Part shown: piece after piece, positions 16,269 through 25,426 of the stretch
Numbering within the stretch: position 1 is the first letter of the stretch
How the letters are laid out: every line of letters begins with the position of its first letter
Assembly: GCA_035553475.1 (NCBI GenBank)
Contig: DATNDQ010000015.1
Coordinates: 10,118-74,117 of the forward strand
Direction of reading: 5' to 3'
DNA: 64,000 bases
From: Gemmatimonadales bacterium
GTDB taxonomy: Bacteria; Gemmatimonadota; Gemmatimonadetes; Gemmatimonadales; GWC2-71-9
Translations under genes and position numbers: made by a program
Notes under the pieces: generated by a model
The model's database searches: none
Seen by the model: only the letters and a program-made list of their open reading frames with translations
Told to the model about the DNA's origin: nothing

Positions 16269-17623
16269 CGGCGCTCTCGCTTCTTCCGGCGGAACTTGAT
16301 GTCGAGCGGCGCCCCGGTAAACGCCCACGCGTCGCGAAACCCGTTCATGAGGTACCGTGTGTAGGACTCGGGGATCGCTTCCGGGCGGTTCGCCACGATG
16401 GCGAAGCGCGGCGGCGCGGTGCCGATCTGGGAGGCGTAAAAGAGCCGGACCGATTCGCCCACCGGCTGCGGCGGCTGCTGGCGATCGAGCAGCGCCCCGA
16501 GCACCCGGTTCACCTCGGCGGTCCCGATCCGACGGTGGCGGGCCTCCGCCACTTCGAGGATCAGGTCCAGCACCTTGGCGACCCGCTGCTTGGTCTTGGC
16601 GGAGATGTAGACGAACGGGATGAAGGCCAGGAAGGGCGCCTTTTCGATGAGCTCTTTCTGCCCGCGGACCGCGGTATTGGAGTCTTTTTCGTCGATCAGG
16701 TCCCACTTGTTGACCGCCACCACCACCCCGGCGCCCCGCTCCCAGGCGTCCGACACGATCTTGAGATCCTGCGAGTGCATCCCATCCGCGGCGTCGACCA
16801 CCAGGACGCAGACATCCGCCCGCTCCATGGCCCGGGCCGTTCGCAGCGTCGAGTAGAACTCCAGATCTTCATTGACCTTGCTGCGCTTGCGAAGGCCGGC
16901 CGTATCGATGAAGACCAGCTGACGGCCGTTGTGCAGCACCGGCGTATCGATGGCGTCGCGCGTCGTGCCCGGCTCGTCGGCGACGACCACACGTTCCGCG
17001 CCCACCAGCGCGTTGACGAGGCTCGATTTCCCGACGTTGGGCCGGCCCACGACCGCCACGTGCACGGCATCCTCGGCCTCGAGATTCCCGGCGACCGGAA
17101 GGAGCTCGACCACTTTGTCCAGCAAGTCTCCACTGCTCTTCCCGACGGCGGCCGACACGGGGAACGGGTCTCCCAGCCCCAGCTCATAAAACGCCAGGGA
17201 CCGCTGGTCGTTGGGAAGATGATCGGCCTTGTTGGCGACAAGGATCATGGGACGCCGGGCCTTGCGGAGAAACTGCGCGATTTCCGCGTCGGCCGGGTGC
17301 ACGCCGTTCAGCACGTCGACCACGAAGAGCACGACGTCACTCTCGGACACCGCTTGCTCCACCTGCTGCCGGATGGCGCGGTTCATCGAGTCGCCGGTGT
17401 CGAAGATCAGGCCGCCGGTGTCCACCAGCCAGAACCGCCGCCCATTCCACTCGGCGGGCGCGAAGTGGCGGTCGCGGGTGACACCCGCTTGCGCGTCCAC
17501 GATGGCCTCGCGGCGCCCGATGAGACGGTTGAAGAGGGTCGACTTCCCCACGTTGGGGCGGCCGATGATCGCCACGGTCGGAACGCTGTTCGCGGCGACA
17601 GGCGAGGTCGAGGCGGTCGTCAC
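16265..17623 (-). CDS. der: Ribosome biogenesis GTPase Der (EngA)
   Basis: ORF 16265..17623. It has two tandem GTPase domains ([12 protein letters not shown] and [12 protein letters not shown]) plus a KH-like C-terminus. Confidence 0.95.
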   Translation of the reverse strand: MTTASTSPVAANSVPTVAIIGRPNVGKSTLFNRLIGRREAIVDAQAGVTRDRHFAPAEWNGRRFWLVDTGGLIFDTGDSMNRAIRQQVEQAVSESDVVLFVVDVLNGVHPADAEIAQFLRKARRPMILVANKADHLPNDQRSLAFYELGLGDPFPVSAAVGKSSGDLLDKVVELLPVAGNLEAEDAVHVAVVGRPNVGKSSLVNALVGAERVVVADEPGTTRDAIDTPVLHNGRQLVFIDTAGLRKRSKVNEDLEFYSTLRTARAMERADVCVLVVDAADGMHSQDLKIVSDAWERGAGVVVAVNKWDLIDEKDSNTAVRGQKELIEKAPFLAFIPFVYISAKTKQRVAKVLDLILEVAEARHRRIGTAEVNRVLGALLDRQQPPQPVGESVRLFYASQIGTAPPRFAIVANRPEAIPESYTRYLMNGFRDAWAFTGAPLDIKFRRKKRERR

Positions 17624-18900
17624 GCGGCCACCGGATCGCCGGCGAGGACATCGGCGAAGTCGTAGGAGAGGCGAACCGGCATGGGCACGTGGCCCGCCAG
17701 CTCTTCCAGGCTCATGTCATCCATGAACAGCAGATTGTCGTTCACGGACTCCGCAGGGAGCAGCGCCAGGTCCAAGTCGCGGCGGTGCTCGAGGGCGGCG
17801 CGGAAGGCGGCCCCCGGCAGGAGACCGGCTGTGGTGACGGAGGTTCCGAACAACGTGTTGTCCAGGACGACGATCTCGAATTCAGCGCCGGTGGCGCGGG
17901 TGAGCGGCTCGACCACCTGCGGCATCAGCGGTCCCATCGCGCGGCCCGTCACCACCGCCACTTTGCGTCCCGTCTGGCCTCCCAGGCCTTCGACCTCCGC
18001 CGCGATGCGCGTCTGGAGATACCGCACGGCCCCGACGCCATTCTCGCGCTGCTCGAAGTCCCCGTACCACTCGGCGGGGGGCAGCACGCGACCCGCTTGC
18101 AGGTAGAGATCGTCGGCGCCGAAGCACCACGGGTGCCCCCGCTCTTCCAAGGCCTGGCGGGAGTACCGCTCGGCAATGTCGAGGGCGGCCCGGCACTCAT
18201 CCTGGTTGGGCTCGCGGACGAGGTTGTGCTTGCTGTATTCCGTGAGGGCGACGGGCACGATGGAGACCGAGAGAATGCCCGGTCCCAAGCTCCAGAGATC
18301 CGCGAGGGACCGCTCGAGCTCCGGCCCGTCATTGACGCCCGGGACCATGACGATCTGGGTGTGGAACGTGATGCCTTCCGCCAGAAACGCCTGGAGCTGC
18401 GGCACGATGGCCGGCGCCTCGGGGTTCCGAAGGAGCCACCGGCGGACCACCGGGTCGGTGGCGTGGACCGAGACGTACATCGGGGAGAGCCGGTATTCCA
18501 CGATCCGGGCAACGTCCCACGCTTTCAGGTTGGTCAGGGTCGCGAAGTTGCCGTAGCGGAAGGACAGGCGATAGTCGTCATCCCGGATGTACAGCACCTC
18601 CCGGCGCCCTTCGGGATTTCCATCTACGAAGCAGAAATCGCAGTGATTGGCGCAGCGGCGAATCCGGGGTGGTTCGACGGTGACGCCCATGGGAAGCTCA
18701 GCAGGGCGCTCGACGTCGTATTCCAGCTCTTCCCCACTTGGATGACGGGCGTGCAGGAGAAACGAGTCGTCCGCCGTGAGGAACTCCCAGTCGAGGAAGT
18801 CCTCCAGCGGACGCCCATTGATGGCGAGCAGCTCGGTACCGGGCAACAGCCCAAGCGCGGCCCCGAGCGACTCGGGGGCCACCGCTTGCACACGAATCAC
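17620..18900 (-). CDS. PDZ domain + radical-SAM-like DUF512 family protein
   Basis: ORF 17620..18900 with a GTG start. An N-terminal PDZ-like segment is followed by CANHCDFCFVDGNPEGRREVLYIRDDDYRLSFRYGNFATLTNL, typical of the DUF512 (TIGR03279-like) family. Confidence 0.75.
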   Translation of the reverse strand: MIRVQAVAPESLGAALGLLPGTELLAINGRPLEDFLDWEFLTADDSFLLHARHPSGEELEYDVERPAELPMGVTVEPPRIRRCANHCDFCFVDGNPEGRREVLYIRDDDYRLSFRYGNFATLTNLKAWDVARIVEYRLSPMYVSVHATDPVVRRWLLRNPEAPAIVPQLQAFLAEGITFHTQIVMVPGVNDGPELERSLADLWSLGPGILSVSIVPVALTEYSKHNLVREPNQDECRAALDIAERYSRQALEERGHPWCFGADDLYLQAGRVLPPAEWYGDFEQRENGVGAVRYLQTRIAAEVEGLGGQTGRKVAVVTGRAMGPLMPQVVEPLTRATGAEFEIVVLDNTLFGTSVTTAGLLPGAAFRAALEHRRDLDLALLPAESVNDNLLFMDDMSLEELAGHVPMPVRLSYDFADVLAGDPVAA

Positions 18901-18985
18901 AGTCGACCCTTCACTTCAAGGAGTTTCTCATCCCAGGGAGCGCAACTCCAACTCTCGCCTGGACTTCGGAACCCCTAAATATCGC

Positions 18986-20584
18986 CTAGTTCACCCGGTA
19001 ACGCCAGGCAACGATCCCCTTTCCGGTTGCCTTGATCTCGAACTGGCTGGTGCCCTGCGGGGCGACCGGCGCTACCTGGGTGACCTGGGTGGTGACCACC
19101 GCACCAGTCGCGTCCAGGAAGTCGTACGTCAGCTTGAGGGGGGCTGAGGGCGTGCCCTTCAGATTCGCGGCGACACCGGACAGGGTGGCGGTGCCGGCGT
19201 CGAACTGGAACTGGGTGACCGAAATGTCCACTGCGATGCCGGTATCCGCGCGGGCCATGTACTTCCTGGCTGAATCGGCCTGTCCGACGGCGGTGTACGC
19301 CTCTCCGAGCGCGCGGGTGACGATCTGGTTCGAGGGATCGAGGGCCATGACCTTCTGGGCGGACGCCAGCGCCCCTGCCGCGTCATGCATGCGCAGCTGC
19401 GCATCCCCCTGCCCTGCGAGGGCGGCGTGATTGTTGGGATTCGCCTTCAGCAGCATCCCGTATACCCGCATCGCCGCTGCTCCCAAACCACCACTCCCCA
19501 TGCGCTGGGCGGCATCCAGAGCGGCGTTCGGATCCACCAGGTCCGGATGAGCGATGACCGTGTCGAACGCCTTCCCGGCCAGCTCCGGGTGGCCGGTCTG
19601 CGCGTAGATGGCCGCCAAGTTGACTGCCGCGTCGATCGCGCCCGGATAGGCCGTGAGCAGGTTCTGATAGGCCGTGATCGCGGACCCGTACGCGGCCTTC
19701 ACCGCCGTCGTATCGCCGGCGGCCTTGGCCTGCAGGGAGGTCCGGAGCCCGCGATCGTTCGCCAGTGCCTGCGCGAGCTGCGTTGAGTCGGCGGCAAACG
19801 CCTGCTGGTCGGCCGGACTCAGGCGGGCGCCCCGGGAATGCCGCGAAGCGGACTGTGTCAGGCGGTGCGCCAGCAGTATCGAGTCGTTCACGAGGTACCG
19901 CCCCAGGGAATCCAGCGACTGCCGGACCGCCATGGAGCGGGCGATGGCCGGATCGGTCTGAGCCCGCGCCAGAGCAAGCCGTGCGGCGGTGCTGAGGGCG
20001 TCGTGCCGGGCGTCGGCGTAGGCCGTGTCGTTCCCCGCGACTTGCGCACCGAGTCCCAGGTAGAACAGCGCGGAGTCGGTGTTGGACGCTCCGGCGTAGA
20101 GCTGACCGAGCTGGAAGTCGGGCCGTGGGTTCTTGGGCAAGAGACGGCGGGCGAGCTGCAGCAGCATCACCGCGGAGTCCGTCTTGCCCCCCTGCCATGC
20201 CGTCATGCCCGCCGAGAAGGCGTCATTCCAGACGGTCTGCCGGAACTGGACCAGCGTGTCCGCGCACTGTGGGGCCAGCTTCTCGGTGCGGGCAAACGCC
20301 GTGTCCGCGCCCCACGGATTGTGGGACTCCTGGTAGTACCGCGCCAGGTAGTACCAGGCGACAGCATTCTGGTCCTGGTGATTTTCGGTGATGGCTTTTT
20401 CCGCGACATCCTTCACGGAGGCCAGCAAGTGGTCCCGCTGATTCGGCTTCTGCTCGGCCAGGTTCAGATTCAGCGGAGCACTATTGAGGCGGAAGAAATT
20501 GGGACCGAGGTCGCATTTGGCGGATTGGGCACCAAGAGCGATGGGAACGACCAGGGACAGGGCGATGACGGCGGACGGACGCAT
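18986..20584 (-). CDS. Secreted TPR-repeat protein with C-terminal beta-sandwich-like domain (paralog A)
   Basis: ORF 18986..20668 trimmed to ATG 20584 (MRPSAVIALSLVVPIALGAQS signal peptide, GAGGGG 4-5 nt upstream). It is clearly paralogous to the 22692..24206 product: AKCDL near the mature N-terminus, the WYYLARYY block, and a conserved C-terminal tail ending in AWRY(R/K). Confidence 0.75.
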   Translation of the reverse strand: MRPSAVIALSLVVPIALGAQSAKCDLGPNFFRLNSAPLNLNLAEQKPNQRDHLLASVKDVAEKAITENHQDQNAVAWYYLARYYQESHNPWGADTAFARTEKLAPQCADTLVQFRQTVWNDAFSAGMTAWQGGKTDSAVMLLQLARRLLPKNPRPDFQLGQLYAGASNTDSALFYLGLGAQVAGNDTAYADARHDALSTAARLALARAQTDPAIARSMAVRQSLDSLGRYLVNDSILLAHRLTQSASRHSRGARLSPADQQAFAADSTQLAQALANDRGLRTSLQAKAAGDTTAVKAAYGSAITAYQNLLTAYPGAIDAAVNLAAIYAQTGHPELAGKAFDTVIAHPDLVDPNAALDAAQRMGSGGLGAAAMRVYGMLLKANPNNHAALAGQGDAQLRMHDAAGALASAQKVMALDPSNQIVTRALGEAYTAVGQADSARKYMARADTGIAVDISVTQFQFDAGTATLSGVAANLKGTPSAPLKLTYDFLDATGAVVTTQVTQVAPVAPQGTSQFEIKATGKGIVAWRYRVN

Positions 20585-20618
20585 AGGGCCCCTCTGGGTT
20601 GAGCGATGGATGCGGAGC

Positions 20619-20638
20619 CCCCGGGCTTGCGCCCGGGG
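20619..20638. repeat. Perfect GC hairpin CCCCGGGC-TTGC-GCCCGGGG (copy 1 of two related palindromes)
   Basis: Read from the sequence. It lies in the putative 5' leader of the TPR paralog A gene. Confidence 0.6.
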
Positions 20639-20658
20639 TTTGGAACGGCCACGCCACC

Positions 20659-20667
20659 ATTGTAACA
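20659..20667 (-). promoter_or_regulatory. Possible extended -10 promoter element TGTTACAAT for TPR paralog A
   Basis: The minus strand reads TGTTACAAT (TGn + TACAAT) between the two palindromes. No convincing -35 element is seen. Confidence 0.25.
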
Positions 20668-20670
20668 ACT

Positions 20671-20694
20671 AACCCCGGGCGTGAGCCCGGGGTT
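20671..20694 (-). terminator. GC hairpin AACCCCGGGC-GTGA-GCCCGGGGTT (copy 2); candidate terminator/processing hairpin after tRNA-Gly
   Basis: A perfect 10-bp stem lies about 32 nt downstream of the tRNA-Gly 3' end on the - strand. There is no clear U-tract, so this is only a candidate. Confidence 0.35.
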
Positions 20695-20726
20695 ATATGA
20701 TCTAGCCGTACGCTATGGATGTCGAG

Positions 20727-20798
<72 letters not shown>

Positions 20799-20833
20799 AA
20801 GTCCTGGCAATATGGCCGTGGCCGGAGGGGCAG

Positions 20834-22690
20834 TCAACGGGAACGGTCGACCCACAGCCGTCTGACGTCGATTCCCTGCACCGCGTGATGGGCCTCTTCC
20901 AGCCGGGATTCATGCGCCCGAAGCAAGTCACTGCGCGTGATGATGCCAATGATGGCGTGTGGGTCCGCCGATGAGACGACCGGCAACCGTCCGACACCAT
21001 GCACCACCATGAGATCCGCCGCGGCGCGCAACGACTGGCCCTCGTTCACGGTCACCACTTGGCGCTTGATCAGGTCCTTGACGAGCTCCGGGCCGGCCGC
21101 CGGGCCGAGATCGCGGCGCGTGATGACCCCGACCAGATCGCCTCCCTCCCCGACCACGGGGAAGCCTTGGTGACTGGAGCCCGGCACCCCGGAGTCGAGC
21201 CACCGGCGAACGTCAGCGACGGTATCCTCCGCGGCTATGGTCGACACTGGAGCCCGCATGCGGGCTCCGACCACTGAGCCTTCGAGGGTATCGACGCCGT
21301 ACTCACTGATCACGCGCACGCCCCGATCGACGATCTTGCGGGTCATGATGGTTTCGCGCATGAGCAGGTAGGAGACGAGGTACGCGGCGGCTCCCCCGCC
21401 CAGCAGCGGCAGGATCGCCATGGGTTGGCGCGTGGCTTCGAGCGCGAACACCACGGACGCGAGGAAGGCGCGGGAGGCCCCCGCGAACATGGCCGCCATG
21501 CCGACCAGCGCGGCTACCCGGAGGTCGATGCCGGCCGCGGGCAATGCGTGAGAGGCGAACCCTCCCAGCGTCGCTCCCAGGCCCCCGCCGATGATGAACA
21601 ACGGAGCGAGCGTGCCACCGGAGGTTCCGCTCCCCAGCGCCACGACCCACGACACAAACTTCAGCACACAGAGCGCGAATAAGGCTCCGCCGACCACTCC
21701 CCCACCAAGCATGTCGGTGATGTTGTCGTACCCCACCCCGAGGGTCCGGGGTGCGAAGTGGCCGACCAGCCCTACGACCAGGGCGCCCAGCGCGGGCCAC
21801 CACATCCAATGGATCGGCAGGCGTTCGAATTGCTCTTCGATCCAGTACACGCCATGCGTCACCCACACGGATGCCCATCCCACCACCGCGCCCAAGCCCA
21901 CGTAGGCGACGAGGGCGCCGACCTCGGGCGAAGGAACGTTGGGCATCGGAAAGACCGGCAGGGGGCCTCCGAAGGCGAGGCGGACGCCGGTCGCCGTCAC
22001 GGCGGCGAGTGCGACCGGAATCAACGACGCAGGGCGGTACTCGAAGAGCAGGAGCTCCACGGCGAGGAGCACCGAGGAGACGGGCGCGCCGAACGTCGCA
22101 GCCATACCGGCCGCCGCGCCGGCGGCGAGCAATGTCTTGCGCTCCGACCCGGTGGTCTTCAGCAGTTGTCCGAGGAGTGAGCCGAGCGCCCCACCCGTCG
22201 CGATGATCGGCCCTTCAGCCCCGAACGGACCGCCGGTGCCGATGGCGATCGCGGCGGAGAGCGGCTTGAGAATCGTGAGGCGCGCGGGAATCCGGCTCTG
22301 ATTTGTGAGGACCTGCTCCATCGCCTCCGGAATCCCGTGCCCGCGAATGCCGGCGGATCCATAGCGGGCGAGGAATCCGACGATCAGGCCACCGGCGACC
22401 GGGACGAGCAGCACCCACCAGCCGAGGTGGTTCCCGGACGGCGACGCGAACGAGGTCGAGAACCGTCCGTAGAAGCTGACGTTGGTGATGAAGCCGATGA
22501 GGCGGATCAGGACTTGGGCGACGACGCCGGCCGCGGCCGCCACGATCATCGCCAGGAATCCGATGAACAGGACGCGCCGGTCGGCGTGCGGAGCCCCTCC
22601 GCGAATGCCTGCCCGCGCCAACGAAGGCGCGAGAGAGGGAGCGACCGGGACACTTCCGGCCGCCCCGGCTGTCTCCCCTTCCGGGCTCAC
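20834..22690 (-). CDS. ClC-family voltage-gated chloride channel/antiporter with C-terminal CBS pair
   Basis: ORF 20834..22771. The start is probably GTG 22690, 1 nt after the upstream TGA. Motifs are GIRGHGIPE and GPFGAEGP, followed by two CBS domains (VVTVNEGQSLRAAADLMVVHGVGRLPVV). Confidence 0.85.
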   Translation of the reverse strand: MSPEGETAGAAGSVPVAPSLAPSLARAGIRGGAPHADRRVLFIGFLAMIVAAAAGVVAQVLIRLIGFITNVSFYGRFSTSFASPSGNHLGWWVLLVPVAGGLIVGFLARYGSAGIRGHGIPEAMEQVLTNQSRIPARLTILKPLSAAIAIGTGGPFGAEGPIIATGGALGSLLGQLLKTTGSERKTLLAAGAAAGMAATFGAPVSSVLLAVELLLFEYRPASLIPVALAAVTATGVRLAFGGPLPVFPMPNVPSPEVGALVAYVGLGAVVGWASVWVTHGVYWIEEQFERLPIHWMWWPALGALVVGLVGHFAPRTLGVGYDNITDMLGGGVVGGALFALCVLKFVSWVVALGSGTSGGTLAPLFIIGGGLGATLGGFASHALPAAGIDLRVAALVGMAAMFAGASRAFLASVVFALEATRQPMAILPLLGGGAAAYLVSYLLMRETIMTRKIVDRGVRVISEYGVDTLEGSVVGARMRAPVSTIAAEDTVADVRRWLDSGVPGSSHQGFPVVGEGGDLVGVITRRDLGPAAGPELVKDLIKRQVVTVNEGQSLRAAADLMVVHGVGRLPVVSSADPHAIIGIITRSDLLRAHESRLEEAHHAVQGIDVRRLWVDRSR

Positions 22691-22691
22691 G

Positions 22692-24206
22692 TCACGACCC
22701 CGCCTTGTACCGCCACGCGGCGATGTTCGCGCCGATCGCCTGGACCTGGAACGCGGAGTTGCCGCTCGCATCGATCACCGGGACGTCCTGGGTCTGACTG
22801 ACGACGACCTTGCCGTGGGTGTCGAGGAACTCGAAGGTGATCTTCGCGGGCTTGCTGGGCGTGTTGTGGAAGTTGGTGAAGAGCCCGCTGAGCGCCACGT
22901 TCTGATCGCCGGGCTGGAACTGGCCCACCGTCACTTCGAAGGGCAGCAGTGAATCGGCGAGGGTGATGTAATGCAGCGCCGAATCGGCCCTCCCCTGCTC
23001 CTGGAATCCCTCGGCCATGAGCTGCAGCGTCTTGCGGTTCATGGGGTCGACCGCGTACAGCCGGCGCGCCGTGCTCAGCATGCTGTCCTTCTGGCCGGTC
23101 ACCAGGTAGGTGTTCGTCAGGTTGTAGAGCGCATCCCGAAAGTACGGGTTCTGCGCGAGTCCCGCACGGAATGCCTGGATCGCGAGGGCAAACGTCCCAT
23201 GCGACGCCGAGTCGTACGCGGCCATCGCCTGAGCGTTGGGTGGATCGCAGCGGTGCTTGATGGCGGCAGTGGTGAGTGCCGGACGGACTTTCCGCGCGTC
23301 GTCCCGGCACTTCACGCCCGCAGCCTGGGTGTCGGGTGCCTGCGGCGCGGAGTTGTACATCGAAACCCCGGCCGAGAACAGCGTGAGCGGGTCGATGCCA
23401 TCCGCGTGCTGGAGCATCTGCTGGTACAGGGCACGGGCCGAATCGGGATGCCCACCCGCCGCGAACGTGTTGGCCAGCTGGGAAATCGCCGACGGGTCGT
23501 TGGGGTTGGCCTTGAGGTAGCCGCGGTACACGGCCGCCGCCGAATCGTAGTTCTTCATCTGCTGCTCGGCCGCCGCGAGGTTGAACATCAAGTCCTTGCG
23601 GTTCTTCTCGAATTTCGGATCCTGCGCGATGACCAGGCCCTTGTTGAAATACATCGCCGCCGAGTCGTATTGGCCGCCGTTGTAAAAGAGCGTGCCCAAA
23701 AGCGAGACGCCGTCGGGCTCCGCGGGGCTCGCCTTGCTCGCTTGCTGGAGATAGGCCAGCGCCGAATCATTTTTCCCGGCGTTCAGCGCATGAACGGCGT
23801 TGTTGTAGATCGGCACCCAGTTGTTGTGGCGCCAGTAGTAGATGTCGTCGTGGCACTTCGGGTCGAGCGCCTCGGCCTTGGTGAAGGACGAGTCCATGCC
23901 GACCATGTCCTTCCGCTCGATGTAATAGCGGGCGAGGTAGTACCAGGCACCGGGGTTCTTGTCCTGACCCGTGGTGAGCGCCTGGTTGAGGACGCGGTAC
24001 GCGTCCCGGAGCTCGCGGTCCTTCACTTCGTCGAAGTGGGTGTCCTTCGACTTGCTCAGGTAGACGACCGCGCTGGCGACCAGATACTGCCCCGCGCCGG
24101 GGAGGTCGCACTTGGCCGGGATCCATTCGGCTTGCCCCATGACCGGGCTCACGCCCACGGTCACCGAAACGAGACCCAGCACCGCCGTCAGCATCATCCG
24201 TCGCAT
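22692..24206 (-). CDS. Secreted TPR-repeat protein with C-terminal beta-sandwich-like domain (paralog B)
   Basis: ORF 22692..24206. It has the signal peptide MRRMMLTAVLGLVSVTVGVSPVMGQA and shares AKCDL, NPGAWYYLARYY, LDPKC and the C-terminal FEFLDTHGKVV...AAWRYKAGS tail with the 18986..20584 product. Confidence 0.75.
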   Translation of the reverse strand: MRRMMLTAVLGLVSVTVGVSPVMGQAEWIPAKCDLPGAGQYLVASAVVYLSKSKDTHFDEVKDRELRDAYRVLNQALTTGQDKNPGAWYYLARYYIERKDMVGMDSSFTKAEALDPKCHDDIYYWRHNNWVPIYNNAVHALNAGKNDSALAYLQQASKASPAEPDGVSLLGTLFYNGGQYDSAAMYFNKGLVIAQDPKFEKNRKDLMFNLAAAEQQMKNYDSAAAVYRGYLKANPNDPSAISQLANTFAAGGHPDSARALYQQMLQHADGIDPLTLFSAGVSMYNSAPQAPDTQAAGVKCRDDARKVRPALTTAAIKHRCDPPNAQAMAAYDSASHGTFALAIQAFRAGLAQNPYFRDALYNLTNTYLVTGQKDSMLSTARRLYAVDPMNRKTLQLMAEGFQEQGRADSALHYITLADSLLPFEVTVGQFQPGDQNVALSGLFTNFHNTPSKPAKITFEFLDTHGKVVVSQTQDVPVIDASGNSAFQVQAIGANIAAWRYKAGS

Positions 24207-24208
24207 CG

Positions 24209-25399
24209 CTACTCCTTATGAGGTTGGGCCACGCGCGATTCAGCTTCTCGCTGCGCCGCGCGTGCCACGTCGATGGGGGGCAGCCCCAGCACTCGGGCCG
24301 CCGTCAGCACATCGTCATACTCGGGTTTGACCCGGACTCCATCCGGACGTTCCAGAACTTTTACGCGAACGGTCGCGGAAGCCGTCCCGGTCGACACGTC
24401 CACACGGATCTCATGCCGCGGCAGCGTGGTGCGTTCGGCACGCCAGCGGCGCAGACCCGCCGTCGGGCTGTGCCGGAACAGGGCGGCAGCCACGGCGTCT
24501 ACCTGCACTTCGGGAGCCATGATCTCGATGCGGAGGCCCGGCCTTCCCTTCTTCATCTGCACCGGCCACACCTGCACATCGAGGGCCCCCGCTTCCGCCA
24601 GCGCCTGGCGGAGGGGCTCAACATACTCGGGACTCAGATCGTCGATATCCGTCGCGAGCACCGTCACCGCTTCCGTCTGGTCGGCGGTCTCGCCGAGCAT
24701 CACCCGGAGCGCGTTCGGGTACTCCTTCGGGTCGCGGTGCCCCGCCCCCCAACCGCCGGCAGTTACCCGCCACCGCGCGGGAGGAGCTCCGATCGACAAC
24801 ACTCGCAGGAGCGCGGCCCCCGTCGGAGTCGTTGCCTCCCCATGAACCGGGCCGTCGCTAATCAGGTCCAAGCCTTCCAGCAAGATGGCGGTTGCGGGTG
24901 CCGGTACCGGAAGCCGCCCATGCGCTGCTTCGACCCAGCCGTCCCCCACCGCCACCGGCCGGTGGAAGATCGCTTCCACCCCGAGGCGTTCGAAGCCTTC
25001 GATGGCCCCGACGATGTCCAGCACGGCATCGACCGCGCCGACCTCATGGAGGTGCACCTTCTCCGGTGCCACCCCGTGCACCCGTCCTTCCGCTTCACCC
25101 AGGAGCCTGAACGCCTGCACCGCGCGCTGCCGCACCGCGGGGGACAGGGGGGCCTGCTCCACCAGCTTGACCAATTGTCCCACATGGCGGCCGTGAGGCT
25201 GGGCCGGAATCTCGAACTCGACCTGCTTGCAGGAAACGCTGCACCGCGTCGCATCCCGCACGTTTACGCGGACCCCCTCCAGCCCGAGCCTCGAGGGCAG
25301 CCCCTCAAGCCATGACACGGGTACCCCGAGCGAGAGCAGAGCGCCCAGGGTCATGTCGCCACTGATGCCGGCGGTGGGGTCTAGAACGGCGATCTTCAT
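24209..25399 (-). CDS. larC: Nickel-pincer cofactor biosynthesis protein LarC (DUF111)
   Basis: ORF 24209..25399. The N-terminus MKIAVLDPTAGISGDMTLGALLSLGV is characteristic of LarC/DUF111. Confidence 0.8.
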   Translation of the reverse strand: MKIAVLDPTAGISGDMTLGALLSLGVPVSWLEGLPSRLGLEGVRVNVRDATRCSVSCKQVEFEIPAQPHGRHVGQLVKLVEQAPLSPAVRQRAVQAFRLLGEAEGRVHGVAPEKVHLHEVGAVDAVLDIVGAIEGFERLGVEAIFHRPVAVGDGWVEAAHGRLPVPAPATAILLEGLDLISDGPVHGEATTPTGAALLRVLSIGAPPARWRVTAGGWGAGHRDPKEYPNALRVMLGETADQTEAVTVLATDIDDLSPEYVEPLRQALAEAGALDVQVWPVQMKKGRPGLRIEIMAPEVQVDAVAAALFRHSPTAGLRRWRAERTTLPRHEIRVDVSTGTASATVRVKVLERPDGVRVKPEYDDVLTAARVLGLPPIDVARAAQREAESRVAQPHKE

Positions 25400-25426
25400 G
25401 GTCCGAAGACCTGAAATATAAACGGG

